Position numbers and translations under genes: made by a program | Notes under the pieces: model-generated | What the model saw: only the letters and a program-made list of their open reading frames with translations | Told to the model about the DNA's origin: nothing | Databases searched by the model: none | Shown: piece by piece, positions 19,399-28,383 of the stretch | How the letters are laid out: each line of letters begins with the position of its first letter | How positions within the stretch are numbered: position 1 is the stretch's first letter | Assembly (NCBI GenBank): GCA_934101595.1 | Contig: CAKORR010000003.1 | Span: 105,748 to 169,747, forward strand | Direction: 5' to 3' | From: an uncultured Bacilli bacterium | GTDB lineage: Bacteria; Bacillota_I; Bacilli_A; RF39; UBA660 | DNA: 64,000 nucleotides

Positions 19399-19680
19399 TT
19401 AACAACATTTATTTTCGTAAACGTTTTCTAATACATTTTCTTCACAACAAGTATAACAAGGTGTAAATGTATGTCTATAAACATGATGGTTAATTATTTT
19501 CGTATTGCATGGTTTAATATGAGGAACCTCATGACAAATATATCTATGACATACTCTTTCTTCTGGGCATTCATATACTGGTGGGCAAACTACTCCTGGA
19601 TAAGTATCTGCGCCCATAGCTGGCATATCCATGGCAGCTTTAGCGTTATCACCTTTGCAATCTCTAAAATTTCTAAACAT
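19399..19680 (-). CDS. CotD-family Cys/His-rich small protein (spore-coat protein D-like)
   Basis: EVPHIKPCNTKIINHHVYRHTFTP parallels B. subtilis CotD (IVPHIHPQHTTNVNHQHFQHVHYFPHTF). Eleven Cys, C-terminal CC. Confidence 0.6.
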   Translation of the reverse strand: MFRNFRDCKGDNAKAAMDMPAMGADTYPGVVCPPVYECPEERVCHRYICHEVPHIKPCNTKIINHHVYRHTFTPCYTCCEENVLENVYENKCC

Positions 19681-19742
19681 AATAACATTCCTTTCTAATG
19701 TATATTATGTTTAAATAAACTATTTGGTTAGGTTAATAACTA

Positions 19743-21050
19743 TTAAAAAGGCATTTTAAAATTACCACTATTAAATTGTTTCATCATTTTTTTCATTTGG
19801 TCAAATTGATTTAACAAGCGGTTAACTTCTTCAACACTTCGGCCACTACCTTTCGCGATTCTCGCCTTTCGACTGGCTTTCAAAACATCTGGATTTTTTC
19901 TTTCATAAGGAGTCATAGATAATACAATTGCCTCCACATGAGCCATTTCTTTAGGATCAATGTTTACATTATTAAGTCCCATTTTTCTGGCTTGAGGAAG
20001 AAGCTTTATAATATTTTCTAAAGGTCCGAGTTTTTTAATTTGTTTTAGATTTTTTAAAAAATCTTCTAAATCATACTTACCTTGACGCATCTTTTTAACT
20101 TGATCTTTAGCATCCTCTTCATCTATTACACCTTCAACTTTTTCTGCAATAGACAAAATATCTCCCATATCCAGAATTCTCTCAGCCATACGTTCTGGGT
20201 AAAATTCTCCAAGTCCATCTAATTTTTCACTTGTACCAACAAATTTAATAGGTACATTCGTTAAGTGTCTAATTGAAAGAGCTACACCGCCTTTGGTATT
20301 TCCATCTAATTTTGTAAGTATCGTACCAGTTAAGGATAATGAATCATTAAAACCATTTATAACGTTGATAGCATCTTGTCCCATCATAGCATCAATAACT
20401 AAAAGAATTTCATTAAATTTGAATTCGCTACTTAGGCTTTTTAACTCATCCATTAATTCTTCATCAATTTGCAAGCGCCCTGCCGTATCAACAATAATAT
20501 AATCCAAATTGTTTTCTTTAGCATACCCTATGGCATCCTTAACTATTTCATTTGGATTTATCTTACCTTTTGTAAAAACAGGAATATTTAGACTCTTACC
20601 AATTTCTTGTAACTGATTAATAGCGGCTGGTCTATAAATATCACACGCTACCAATAAAGGATGTTTATTAAATTTTTTCCTAACATAATTAGCGATTTTG
20701 CCTGCCGATGTAGTTTTTCCACTTCCTTGTAATCCTACTAACATTACCATAGTAGGCTTTTTACTAGTCTCAAGTGGAACATAGTCACCACCTAACAATG
20801 AAACAAGCTCATCTTTAATAAGTTTGATAAAAAGCTCATCAGGTCTTAAACTTTTTGAAACTTCTAAACCTAATGCTTTTTCCTTAACATTCTTTACAAA
20901 GCTTTTAACTACCTCATAGTTTACATCGGCTTCTAGTAAAGCCATTCTTATTTCCCTAGTGGCATCAGTTATATTCTCTTCAGTAATCTTTCCCATGCCT
21001 TTAATATTTTTTATTGCTTTTGATAATCTATCTCCAATGTAGTCAAACAT
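19743..21050 (-). CDS. ffh: Signal recognition particle protein Ffh
   Basis: GLQGSGKTTS, DIYRPAA, DTAGR and TKLDG motifs, and an M-domain with a Met-rich C-terminus. Confidence 0.95.
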   Translation of the reverse strand: MFDYIGDRLSKAIKNIKGMGKITEENITDATREIRMALLEADVNYEVVKSFVKNVKEKALGLEVSKSLRPDELFIKLIKDELVSLLGGDYVPLETSKKPTMVMLVGLQGSGKTTSAGKIANYVRKKFNKHPLLVACDIYRPAAINQLQEIGKSLNIPVFTKGKINPNEIVKDAIGYAKENNLDYIIVDTAGRLQIDEELMDELKSLSSEFKFNEILLVIDAMMGQDAINVINGFNDSLSLTGTILTKLDGNTKGGVALSIRHLTNVPIKFVGTSEKLDGLGEFYPERMAERILDMGDILSIAEKVEGVIDEEDAKDQVKKMRQGKYDLEDFLKNLKQIKKLGPLENIIKLLPQARKMGLNNVNIDPKEMAHVEAIVLSMTPYERKNPDVLKASRKARIAKGSGRSVEEVNRLLNQFDQMKKMMKQFNSGNFKMPF

Positions 21051-21079
21051 ATAATCACCTAACTCATTATAACAAAAAA

Positions 21080-21108
21080 AGCTTAAGAATACAAAAATAT
21101 CTTAAGCT
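21080..21108. terminator. Bidirectional-looking terminator downstream of the 21112..22140 gene
   Basis: AGCTTAAGA-11 nt-TCTTAAGCT flanked by A7 and T6. Confidence 0.6.
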
Positions 21109-21111
21109 TTT

Positions 21112-22140
21112 TTATTTAAGCATAAACATTGTTGCAACTGGTCTTGTTCTATTTTGGAAAGAACCATTCATTACCTTATTAACAAGTTTGCCATTTATTA
21201 CCAAATTACTAGATGTTCCACCATCTAAATTAACAGCATTATAAGCTCCATATCTTATCATTATGTCTATCATCTCAGACATTCCAGGGCCAATTACTCC
21301 TGTCTTATAATCTCGTCCATCCATTACAAGAAACAACACAATACCATCTTTTCTTTGACCAATCGCTGTTCTATTTGCATGGCCCCATCCGCCATTACCA
21401 TAAACACTTGATGGTTTACCATTAACAACTAAAATTGGAGAAAAATTAACAGCATCTCTTATACCTTTTTTTATAGCGGTTTCCTTAGACATTTTACCAA
21501 CCACTAAAACATTGTCTTTGTTAAATCCAACTAAATTTCCATATAATGCTCTATCCCAAATGATTTTACCATCTTTTATAACATATCCTTCAGGTTTTCC
21601 CCCTGTACCATGGCCACCTTCATCCTCAAAGCCAGACGCATTAATTGCTACCAAAGCTTTTTCTCTCTTAGCCATATCTACTACATATTCACCACTATAG
21701 CCTAAATTTTTGGAAGCTCCAACAGTTACCCGTGAGGCATCATAAATAACTACCAAGTAACCTCTTAGTTTTTTTTCGTTAATTTTTATTAACTTATAAA
21801 CTTGTGATTTGTCATGAACTAAAATTTGCTTTTCGTAATCATTATCATAACTATCACTGTTTATTTCAAAATTAATTAGCTCTGGATTAGTTTCCTCATT
21901 TATTTCTTTAACATAATTGCTATTCATTACTTTATTAATATATTTATCTGAATAAAACCATGTTGCTAAATATTGATGGTTCATTGTAGTCATAGCACTA
22001 GTAATTAACCAGTTACTAAATCCCTTATATGGACCATATAGAAGAAATAAAAACAAAAGCAAAAAAAATGAAATTAATCCACCGAAAATTTTGATAAATA
22101 GTTTCTTTTGGTTCTTTTTTCTAAATCTAAATCTAGTCAT
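21112..22140 (-). CDS. Phosphodiester glycosidase (NAGPA/DUF2233) family protein, membrane-anchored
   Basis: AINASGFEDEGGHG..., NRTAIGQRKDG...VMDGR and AVNLDGGTSS motifs with an N-terminal TM. Confidence 0.75.
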   Translation of the reverse strand: MTRFRFRKKNQKKLFIKIFGGLISFFLLLFLFLLYGPYKGFSNWLITSAMTTMNHQYLATWFYSDKYINKVMNSNYVKEINEETNPELINFEINSDSYDNDYEKQILVHDKSQVYKLIKINEKKLRGYLVVIYDASRVTVGASKNLGYSGEYVVDMAKREKALVAINASGFEDEGGHGTGGKPEGYVIKDGKIIWDRALYGNLVGFNKDNVLVVGKMSKETAIKKGIRDAVNFSPILVVNGKPSSVYGNGGWGHANRTAIGQRKDGIVLFLVMDGRDYKTGVIGPGMSEMIDIMIRYGAYNAVNLDGGTSSNLVINGKLVNKVMNGSFQNRTRPVATMFMLK

Positions 22141-22224
22141 TTTACACCACCAATTTATAACTAATACATTATAGCAGATTTTTAATTAAATTTATACTCC
22201 TAATATTCACATTTAATTTTAAAC

Positions 22225-22253
22225 TTGCAAAAATTAGATTTTAATAGTATACT
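22225..22253 (+). promoter_or_regulatory. Candidate promoter of the RNase J gene
   Basis: TTGCAA (22225-22230), 17-nt spacer, TATACT (22248-22253). Confidence 0.45.
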
Positions 22254-22298
22254 TATCGTTAGTGAGAAACTTTTATTAATTTTGAAAGAAGGAAAATT

Positions 22299-23984
22299 AT
22301 GAAAAATAACAATACTGTTACGTCTTTATTTGCGTTGGGTGGACTTGGAGAAGTCGGTAAAAACATGTATGTTGTTCGTCACGAAGACGAAATAATAATT
22401 GTTGATGCTGGTGTAATGTTTCCCGAAGATGAACTTTTAGGAATAGATTACGTAATCCAAGATGTTACATATTTAAAACAAAATGAAGATAAAATAAAAG
22501 GATTATTTATAACACATGGGCATGAAGACCATATTGGTGGAATATCATTTTTACTTCAAAAAGTTAATATTCCTGTTATTTATTCTTCCAAGATAGCTAA
22601 AGACTTAATTGAAAAAAAATTAGTTGACAGAAATATGAATTATAAAAATTTAGAGGTGATTGATAAAGATTCAATTATAAAGACAAAACATTTTACAATT
22701 GAATTTGTTAACACTACCCATTCAATTCCAGAAAGTTATGCTCTTGCCATACACACACCAAACGGAATCATATTTGAAACAGGAGATTTTAAATTTGACT
22801 TAACCCCAATCGGACCTATGGCTGATATACATAAAATGGCTAGACTTGGAAATGAGGGCGTTAAAATATTATTAAGTGATAGTACTAATGCTTTATCGGA
22901 AGGATTTTCTAAAAGTGAAAACTGTGTAGATGAAGCTCTTAGTGACATAATAAGCCGTCATCATGGCCGCATTATAATAGCTACTTTTGCTTCAAATATT
23001 TACAGAATTAAACATATTGTCGAAACATGTCGAAAATGCAATCGAAAAATTGTAGTCTTTGGACGAAGTATGGAAACAAGCATTGAGTTAGCAGTTAATA
23101 ATAGCCTGATTAAAGATAAAACAATTTTTATTGATAATAATGAAGCTAAAAATTTAAAACGCGAAGAAGTATGTATTTTATGTACTGGTTCTCAAGGAGA
23201 GCCTCTTGCAGCGTTATCACGTATTGCAAATGGCGTACACAAACAAATTACATTATTAAATGACGATCTAGTAGTCTTCTCTTCAAGTCCTATTCCTGGA
23301 AATGCTGAAAGCATTAATAGAATTATAAACAAACTATACTTAAAAGGTGTAAGAGTATTTACAAATTCTGAATTAAGCGATATACATACATCAGGACACG
23401 CTAAAGCCGAAGAGCTAAAATGGATGTTAAGAATTATTAAACCAGAATATTTTATGCCTATGCATGGTGAATATAGAATGCTTAAGGCTCATGGAGATTT
23501 AGCAATAAGCTGTGATATTCCGGAAGAAAACGTATTCATTTGTAAAAATGGTGACGTTATTGAACTATCTAAAGACGGTGTTAGAAAAAATGGAACTGTT
23601 CAAGCGGGTGACATTTACGTTGATGGATCAAGAATTGGAGATGTTGGCTCAGTAGTAATTAAAGATCGTAAACTAATGAGCAAAGACGGTATTTTGGTTA
23701 CAATTTTAAACATCAATCCATTAACAAGAAAACTATTAATTAAGCCAAATATTACAACCAGAGGATTCGTTTTAGTAAATGAAAATGCCGAACTTATTAA
23801 TCAAATCGAAAAAAAAGTTTCAAGCATTGTTAATAATTTTCTTGATAATAACACATATAATTACACAGATTTAAAAAATCAAATTATTTTAGATTTACAT
23901 CCTTTTATTAGTGAGTTGACTGGTCGAAGACCTATTATTTTACCGGTTATAATGGAAATAAAAGAAGGCAGTAGTTATGACTAA
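22299..23984 (+). CDS. rnjA: Ribonuclease J (J1-like, canonical active site)
   Basis: HGHEDHIGG motif, beta-CASP and C-terminal domain, 561 aa. Confidence 0.9.
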   Translation: MKNNNTVTSLFALGGLGEVGKNMYVVRHEDEIIIVDAGVMFPEDELLGIDYVIQDVTYLKQNEDKIKGLFITHGHEDHIGGISFLLQKVNIPVIYSSKIAKDLIEKKLVDRNMNYKNLEVIDKDSIIKTKHFTIEFVNTTHSIPESYALAIHTPNGIIFETGDFKFDLTPIGPMADIHKMARLGNEGVKILLSDSTNALSEGFSKSENCVDEALSDIISRHHGRIIIATFASNIYRIKHIVETCRKCNRKIVVFGRSMETSIELAVNNSLIKDKTIFIDNNEAKNLKREEVCILCTGSQGEPLAALSRIANGVHKQITLLNDDLVVFSSSPIPGNAESINRIINKLYLKGVRVFTNSELSDIHTSGHAKAEELKWMLRIIKPEYFMPMHGEYRMLKAHGDLAISCDIPEENVFICKNGDVIELSKDGVRKNGTVQAGDIYVDGSRIGDVGSVVIKDRKLMSKDGILVTILNINPLTRKLLIKPNITTRGFVLVNENAELINQIEKKVSSIVNNFLDNNTYNYTDLKNQIILDLHPFISELTGRRPIILPVIMEIKEGSSYD

Positions 23985-24019
23985 AAAAGACAATTAGGAT
24001 TTTTCTAATTGTCTTTTTC
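23984..24019. terminator. Bidirectional terminator shared by convergent rnj and sigma-factor genes
   Basis: AGACAATTAG-gattttt-CTAATTGTCT flanked by A-run and T-run. Overlaps the last codons of the minus-strand gene. Confidence 0.65.
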
Positions 24020-25208
24020 TTTGGAAAGAATTATTTTTTTCATTTATTATTCTTTTCATTCTTGGAATAATTGTCCAGTAAAGAGTTACTAGTTCATCGT
24101 TTGATAAGCATTTATCACTTGTTATAATTGTAAATGATGGGCCGAATTTTTTTCTCAATATTTCTCTTTCTTCATAAGAGAAGCTATATATAATAGAAAG
24201 CACTTCATCTTTTTCTATACTTTTAAATAAATCAAATAAAGATCTACAATTTATTAATGTTGCAGCTTCCTTATTTATCATTTCCAATTTAAATTTGCTA
24301 ATATTTTTAATATTAATTTCCGTGAATTTTGCCGGAGCATTTGTTTCATATTCAATTAATTCTTGTAGTTTATAATTGCTTCTTAACTTTTTTAAAAGAG
24401 ACATTTTTATAGCATTAGCTCTTTGCTTTGAAATGCCTAACTCTCTACCGATCTCCCCACAATTCTTAGGATCACTCAAAAATCCAAAATAGTTTTCTAA
24501 TACATATCTTTCATTTGTGGTTAATTCAATATTTTTTAAAGCATCCAATAGTTTTTGATTTCTATCCTCTATTTCTATATCACCAACAAATTCATTTCTA
24601 TCATCAACTAAAATTGCATTATAGTAGCTACATTCACTATCCAAAAGAGTTTCTAAATATATAGGATTGTCTTTAAGCATAAAGATATTTTCTATAGTAC
24701 TTTGCTTTACATGAAAATGATTTGAATATTCTAATACCGTTGGCATTCTTCCTTCTTTATTTTGAAAGTTAACCGAATATTGTATTAAGTGATTGTAAAA
24801 ATCAAACCACCATTTAGGAACTGTAATATCTCTATTTTTAAACTTTATATAGTTAAACAAAGCTAATTTTACTTTAGGATAAGCATAAGAAAAAAATTTA
24901 CAATCTCTACTTAAATCAAAAGAATTAACGGCGTTCATTAACTCTATATTACCCTCTTGTATCAAGTCAAATATATCAAAGCGATTTACTTTATTCCGTT
25001 CAGTCATAAATGCCATAACGTTTGAAGCAATTGATAAAACCATAGATAAATTATGTAATATTAACTTTTCGCGAGCTTTTTCGTCACCATTTTGGCATTT
25101 TATAAAAAGCTCTCTTTCTTCTTCTTTATTTAGCACTTTATACTTTGATATCATTTTTTTATATTCTCGTAAAGATTCTTTTCTACAATTATTATCTGGT
25201 ATACTCAT
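23994..25208 (-). CDS. Sigma-70 family sigma factor with about 110-aa C-terminal extension
   Basis: Region 2 (DLIQEGNIELMNAVNSFD) and region 4 HTH (CGEIGRELGISKQRANAIKMSLLKKLR). Start moved to ATG 25208 after GGTGA, because the predicted promoter lies inside the track ORF. Confidence 0.75.
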   Translation of the reverse strand: MSIPDNNCRKESLREYKKMISKYKVLNKEEERELFIKCQNGDEKAREKLILHNLSMVLSIASNVMAFMTERNKVNRFDIFDLIQEGNIELMNAVNSFDLSRDCKFFSYAYPKVKLALFNYIKFKNRDITVPKWWFDFYNHLIQYSVNFQNKEGRMPTVLEYSNHFHVKQSTIENIFMLKDNPIYLETLLDSECSYYNAILVDDRNEFVGDIEIEDRNQKLLDALKNIELTTNERYVLENYFGFLSDPKNCGEIGRELGISKQRANAIKMSLLKKLRSNYKLQELIEYETNAPAKFTEINIKNISKFKLEMINKEAATLINCRSLFDLFKSIEKDEVLSIIYSFSYEEREILRKKFGPSFTIITSDKCLSNDELVTLYWTIIPRMKRIINEKNNSFQRKRQLEKS

Positions 25209-25230
25209 ATAATCACCAACCGTGAAAAAT

Positions 25231-25259
25231 ATTTTAGCACAATAAATATATTTATTCAA
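25231..25259 (-). promoter_or_regulatory. Candidate promoter of the sigma-factor gene
   Basis: Minus strand TTGAAT (25254-25259), 17-nt spacer, TAAAAT (25231-25236). Confidence 0.5.
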
Positions 25260-25266
25260 TACATGA

Positions 25267-25290
25267 AAAAGGCCAAATTATTGGCCTTTT
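25267..25290 (-). terminator. Terminator at the end of the suf operon
   Basis: AAAAGGCCAA-atta-TTGGCCTTTT perfect 10-bp stem overlapping the sufU stop, followed by a T-run on the minus strand. Confidence 0.7.
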
Positions 25291-25709
25291 AAATGCTTTA
25301 GTAAAGCTTCTTTTAAGCCCCGATATGGGAGCGTTGCACAAGTTTTTCGACTATTTTGCAAATAAATTTTGTCATAACACAAAGCTTCATTTAAAATAGA
25401 ATCATCATACTTCTCTTCATTAACCATTGCCATAAAATTATCAACATAATTTAATGCATCTTTAACATTCATTCCAATCAAATTTTTTATCATTATTGAT
25501 GTTGATGAGGTACTAATTGCACAAGCTTCACCATTGAACTTAATATCTTTGATTAAATCTTTATCAAACAAAATATAAATATCCAAATTATCAATACATG
25601 ATTGATTACGAGTGTTTACTTTTTCATATCTACTATCCGTAACAGTTTCTTTATTTAAAGGATTAGAATAATGCTCCATAATTATTTCTCTTTTTAATTC
25701 TTCGTCCAT
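25278..25709 (-). CDS. sufU: SUF-type Fe-S scaffold/sulfur acceptor SufU (IscU-like)
   Basis: GEACAISTSSTSIM motif. 143 aa, 1-nt overlap with sufS. Confidence 0.8.
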   Translation of the reverse strand: MDEELKREIIMEHYSNPLNKETVTDSRYEKVNTRNQSCIDNLDIYILFDKDLIKDIKFNGEACAISTSSTSIMIKNLIGMNVKDALNYVDNFMAMVNEEKYDDSILNEALCYDKIYLQNSRKTCATLPYRGLKEALLKHLKGQ

Positions 25710-26905
25710 TATAGCATCTCTTTCAATATCTTATCTTTGCTTTTTAAAAGTGATACCAATTCATCTATTTCGCTTTCAGTATTATAATAATATAAACTTA
25801 CTCTAATAGAATTAGTAACTTTAACTTGATCTTTTAGCATTTTAGCACAATGATTACCAGCTCTTACGCAAATATTATATTTGTTTAGATAATAGGCAAC
25901 GTCTTGGCTAAATATTCCATCTACATTAAACGATACTATTCCTGAATCGCTTTCCAAATTTAAAATATCAATGTGTGGAATTTTTACAAGTTCATCAATT
26001 AAATATTTTCTCAAAAATCTTTCTCTATTTTCTATGTTTTCCATTTTGATATTGTCCAAATATTTAATTGCTGCTCCAAGTCCTATTATACCAGCAATAT
26101 TTATTGTACCTGCTTCTAAACGCTCTGGGAGTTCTTTTAAATATACTTCATCTTCATTGTCAAAAGATTCATTCATCCCCCCACCTAATCTAGTAGGAAC
26201 TAATTTTTCTAGGAGTTCTCTTTTTCCATATAATACTCCTATTCCTGTTGGGCCCATCATTTTATGACCAGAAAAAGCTAAAAAGTCAACATCTAAATCA
26301 GTTACATCAACAGGAATATGAGGAACACTTTGCGCCCCATCTACGACTAAGAAAGCATTATTTTCATGAGCTAACTTAGCTATCTCCCTTATTGGCCTTT
26401 TATCACCAATTACATTAGTAATTTCTGCTAAAGCTATAACTTTAGTATTCTTAGTAATAGCTCTTTTTACATTTTCAAGGGTTACGTAAGAATCATTATC
26501 TAAATCGATATAACGAATATGACACCCTATATCTTTAGCAAGTCTAAACCAAGGCAAAACATTCGAGGCATGTTCACTTTTAGTGATAAGAATTTCATCA
26601 CCTTCATCTAAATATAATCTAAAAAAGCCATCCGCGACCATATTTAATGAATCGGTAGCACCATATGTAAAAATAATTTCTTCCACATTTTTAGCATTAA
26701 TAAAATTCTTTACAAGATTACGAGTCTCCGCAATTTTTTCGTCAACTTTATACGAAATGTCATAGTCACCCCTATGTGCATTTGCTGAATATAGTGAATA
26801 ATATTTTGTTATTTCATCTATAACACATTGAGGCTTTAATGCTGTAGCACCACTATCAAAATATATAATATCTTCTTTTAAAATAGGAAAATCGTCTCTA
26901 TTCAT
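25709..26905 (-). CDS. sufS: Cysteine desulfurase SufS
   Basis: Class V aminotransferase with FSGHKMMGPTGIGVLYG (PLP lysine) and RAGNHCA. The second ATG has better spacing to GGGAGG. Confidence 0.9.
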   Translation of the reverse strand: MNRDDFPILKEDIIYFDSGATALKPQCVIDEITKYYSLYSANAHRGDYDISYKVDEKIAETRNLVKNFINAKNVEEIIFTYGATDSLNMVADGFFRLYLDEGDEILITKSEHASNVLPWFRLAKDIGCHIRYIDLDNDSYVTLENVKRAITKNTKVIALAEITNVIGDKRPIREIAKLAHENNAFLVVDGAQSVPHIPVDVTDLDVDFLAFSGHKMMGPTGIGVLYGKRELLEKLVPTRLGGGMNESFDNEDEVYLKELPERLEAGTINIAGIIGLGAAIKYLDNIKMENIENRERFLRKYLIDELVKIPHIDILNLESDSGIVSFNVDGIFSQDVAYYLNKYNICVRAGNHCAKMLKDQVKVTNSIRVSLYYYNTESEIDELVSLLKSKDKILKEML

Positions 26906-26923
26906 AACATTCACCTCCCTTTT

Positions 26924-27583
26924 CTATAAATATTTTCTTATTACATCTCTAAAATCATTACTAAAAATATTTAATAAAAAACTTTCCTCAAGTAACTTAA
27001 GGGCCGTTTCTTTTTTTAATCCCTTACTTTGTAAATAAAACATTTCATTTTTATCAACATTTTTTATAGTAGCGTTATGACTAGCACTAACATGATATGA
27101 ATCAACTATCAAATTTGGATAAAATGAAGTTTGACCATTATTAACATTAAAACCTTTTAAGGCTTCGTTAATAACATTTTCTTTAGTACCTTTCGCTATT
27201 ATCCCATTAGCCGCCACTTCAACTTTAGAGCCTTTTTTTGCTAAGACATTAATATTAGTATCACTATTTATTTGTGAACCATTAATGTATACATCCAATT
27301 TTAGTTTATAATCACTCAATCCCAAAATTGATTCATTATATTTGAGTACTGAGCCATCACATTGATTAATTGAAACCTTACTACTATTCTTTGCTAAGCA
27401 AAAGCGATTATATTCTAAATTAGCATTATCATTAATAGTAATGTCTAAGTCATAACCATCATCATCTATTATTTCATATATTTTACAAGTACCCTTTATT
27501 AATAATTTTACATCTTTAGTAATTTTTATATTGCCAGAATAATTTTCTAACATCATTTCTTTATCTATTATTAATGTATTCAT
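26924..27583 (-). CDS. Short SufB/SufD-family protein (SufD-like, about 219 aa)
   Basis: C-terminal beta-helix signature HVSASHNATIKNVDKNEMFYLQSKGLKKETALKLL. It lacks the long N-terminal part of SufB/SufD. Start is ATG 27583. Confidence 0.7.
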   Translation of the reverse strand: MNTLIIDKEMMLENYSGNIKITKDVKLLIKGTCKIYEIIDDDGYDLDITINDNANLEYNRFCLAKNSSKVSINQCDGSVLKYNESILGLSDYKLKLDVYINGSQINSDTNINVLAKKGSKVEVAANGIIAKGTKENVINEALKGFNVNNGQTSFYPNLIVDSYHVSASHNATIKNVDKNEMFYLQSKGLKKETALKLLEESFLLNIFSNDFRDVIRKYL

Positions 27584-27601
27584 AAAACAGCTGCCCACTA
27601 A

Positions 27602-28336
27602 CTATATTTGTCCCTTAAATTTTTTAAAACCGCTTTTTAGAACTTCTTGTGCTAGTTTTTTACCACCAGTCTTGGATATTTTACCATCCATCATCACATG
27701 GACAAAATTAGGTTCTATATGATCAATTATGTTCATATGATGAGTGATAATTAAAATAGATGGCTTGTATTCTTGATAATATTTATTAATTGAATCACAA
27801 ACAACATTTATGGCATCAACATCAAGGCCGGAATCTATTTCATCTAATATAATGAATTTAGGCTTTATCATCCATAAATGCAATAATTCAATTTTCTTTT
27901 TTTCACCACCACTCATACCAACGTTGATATCACGATGTACGTAATTAGAAGGTATGTCCAAGTCTGCACACAATTTTTCTAAACTTTTACTAAAAGAAAA
28001 GATATCAGTATGTTCATTTTTTTCATTTAAAACAGTTCTCAACAATTCCGAAGTAGTGATTCCTTCAATTGCCAAAGGACTTTGATTTACTAAATAAAAA
28101 CCATTTTTTGCAACTTCACTGGTATCTAATTTTAGTAAATCAATATTGTTATATTTTATAGTACCATTTGAAATTTTATAATCATCATCTCTAAATAAAA
28201 CTTTACAAATAGAACTTTTTCCAACACCATTGGGGCCCATGATAACATGTATTTCTCCATCATTTATTTTTAAATTAAAATTATCTATTATTTTTTTATC
28301 TTCAACTGAAACCGATAAATCTTTTATTTCTAACAT
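27602..28336 (-). CDS. sufC: Fe-S cluster assembly ATPase SufC
   Basis: Walker A GPNGVGKSS, signature MSGGEKKK, Walker B ILDEIDSGLD. Start ATG 28336 after GGTGG. Confidence 0.9.
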   Translation of the reverse strand: MLEIKDLSVSVEDKKIIDNFNLKINDGEIHVIMGPNGVGKSSICKVLFRDDDYKISNGTIKYNNIDLLKLDTSEVAKNGFYLVNQSPLAIEGITTSELLRTVLNEKNEHTDIFSFSKSLEKLCADLDIPSNYVHRDINVGMSGGEKKKIELLHLWMIKPKFIILDEIDSGLDVDAINVVCDSINKYYQEYKPSILIITHHMNIIDHIEPNFVHVMMDGKISKTGGKKLAQEVLKSGFKKFKGQI

Positions 28337-28378
28337 AAAAACCACCAGTGATATTGTATCACAAGTGGTCTTTTTTTA
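28336..28378. terminator. Imperfect palindrome/terminator hairpin abutting the sufC start
   Basis: ACCAC-ca-GTGATA-ttg-TATCAC-aa-GTGGT (28341-28369) with flanking T/A runs. The sufC RBS lies in one arm. Confidence 0.45.
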
Positions 28379-28383
28379 AAATA

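Noticed and set aside
28341-28369. The palindrome before sufC as a dedicated Fe-S regulator (IscR/SufR-type) operator.
   Set aside because: No regulator gene is adjacent, and the structure with flanking T/A runs is adequately explained as the terminator of the upstream LRR gene. It is kept only as a terminator feature.
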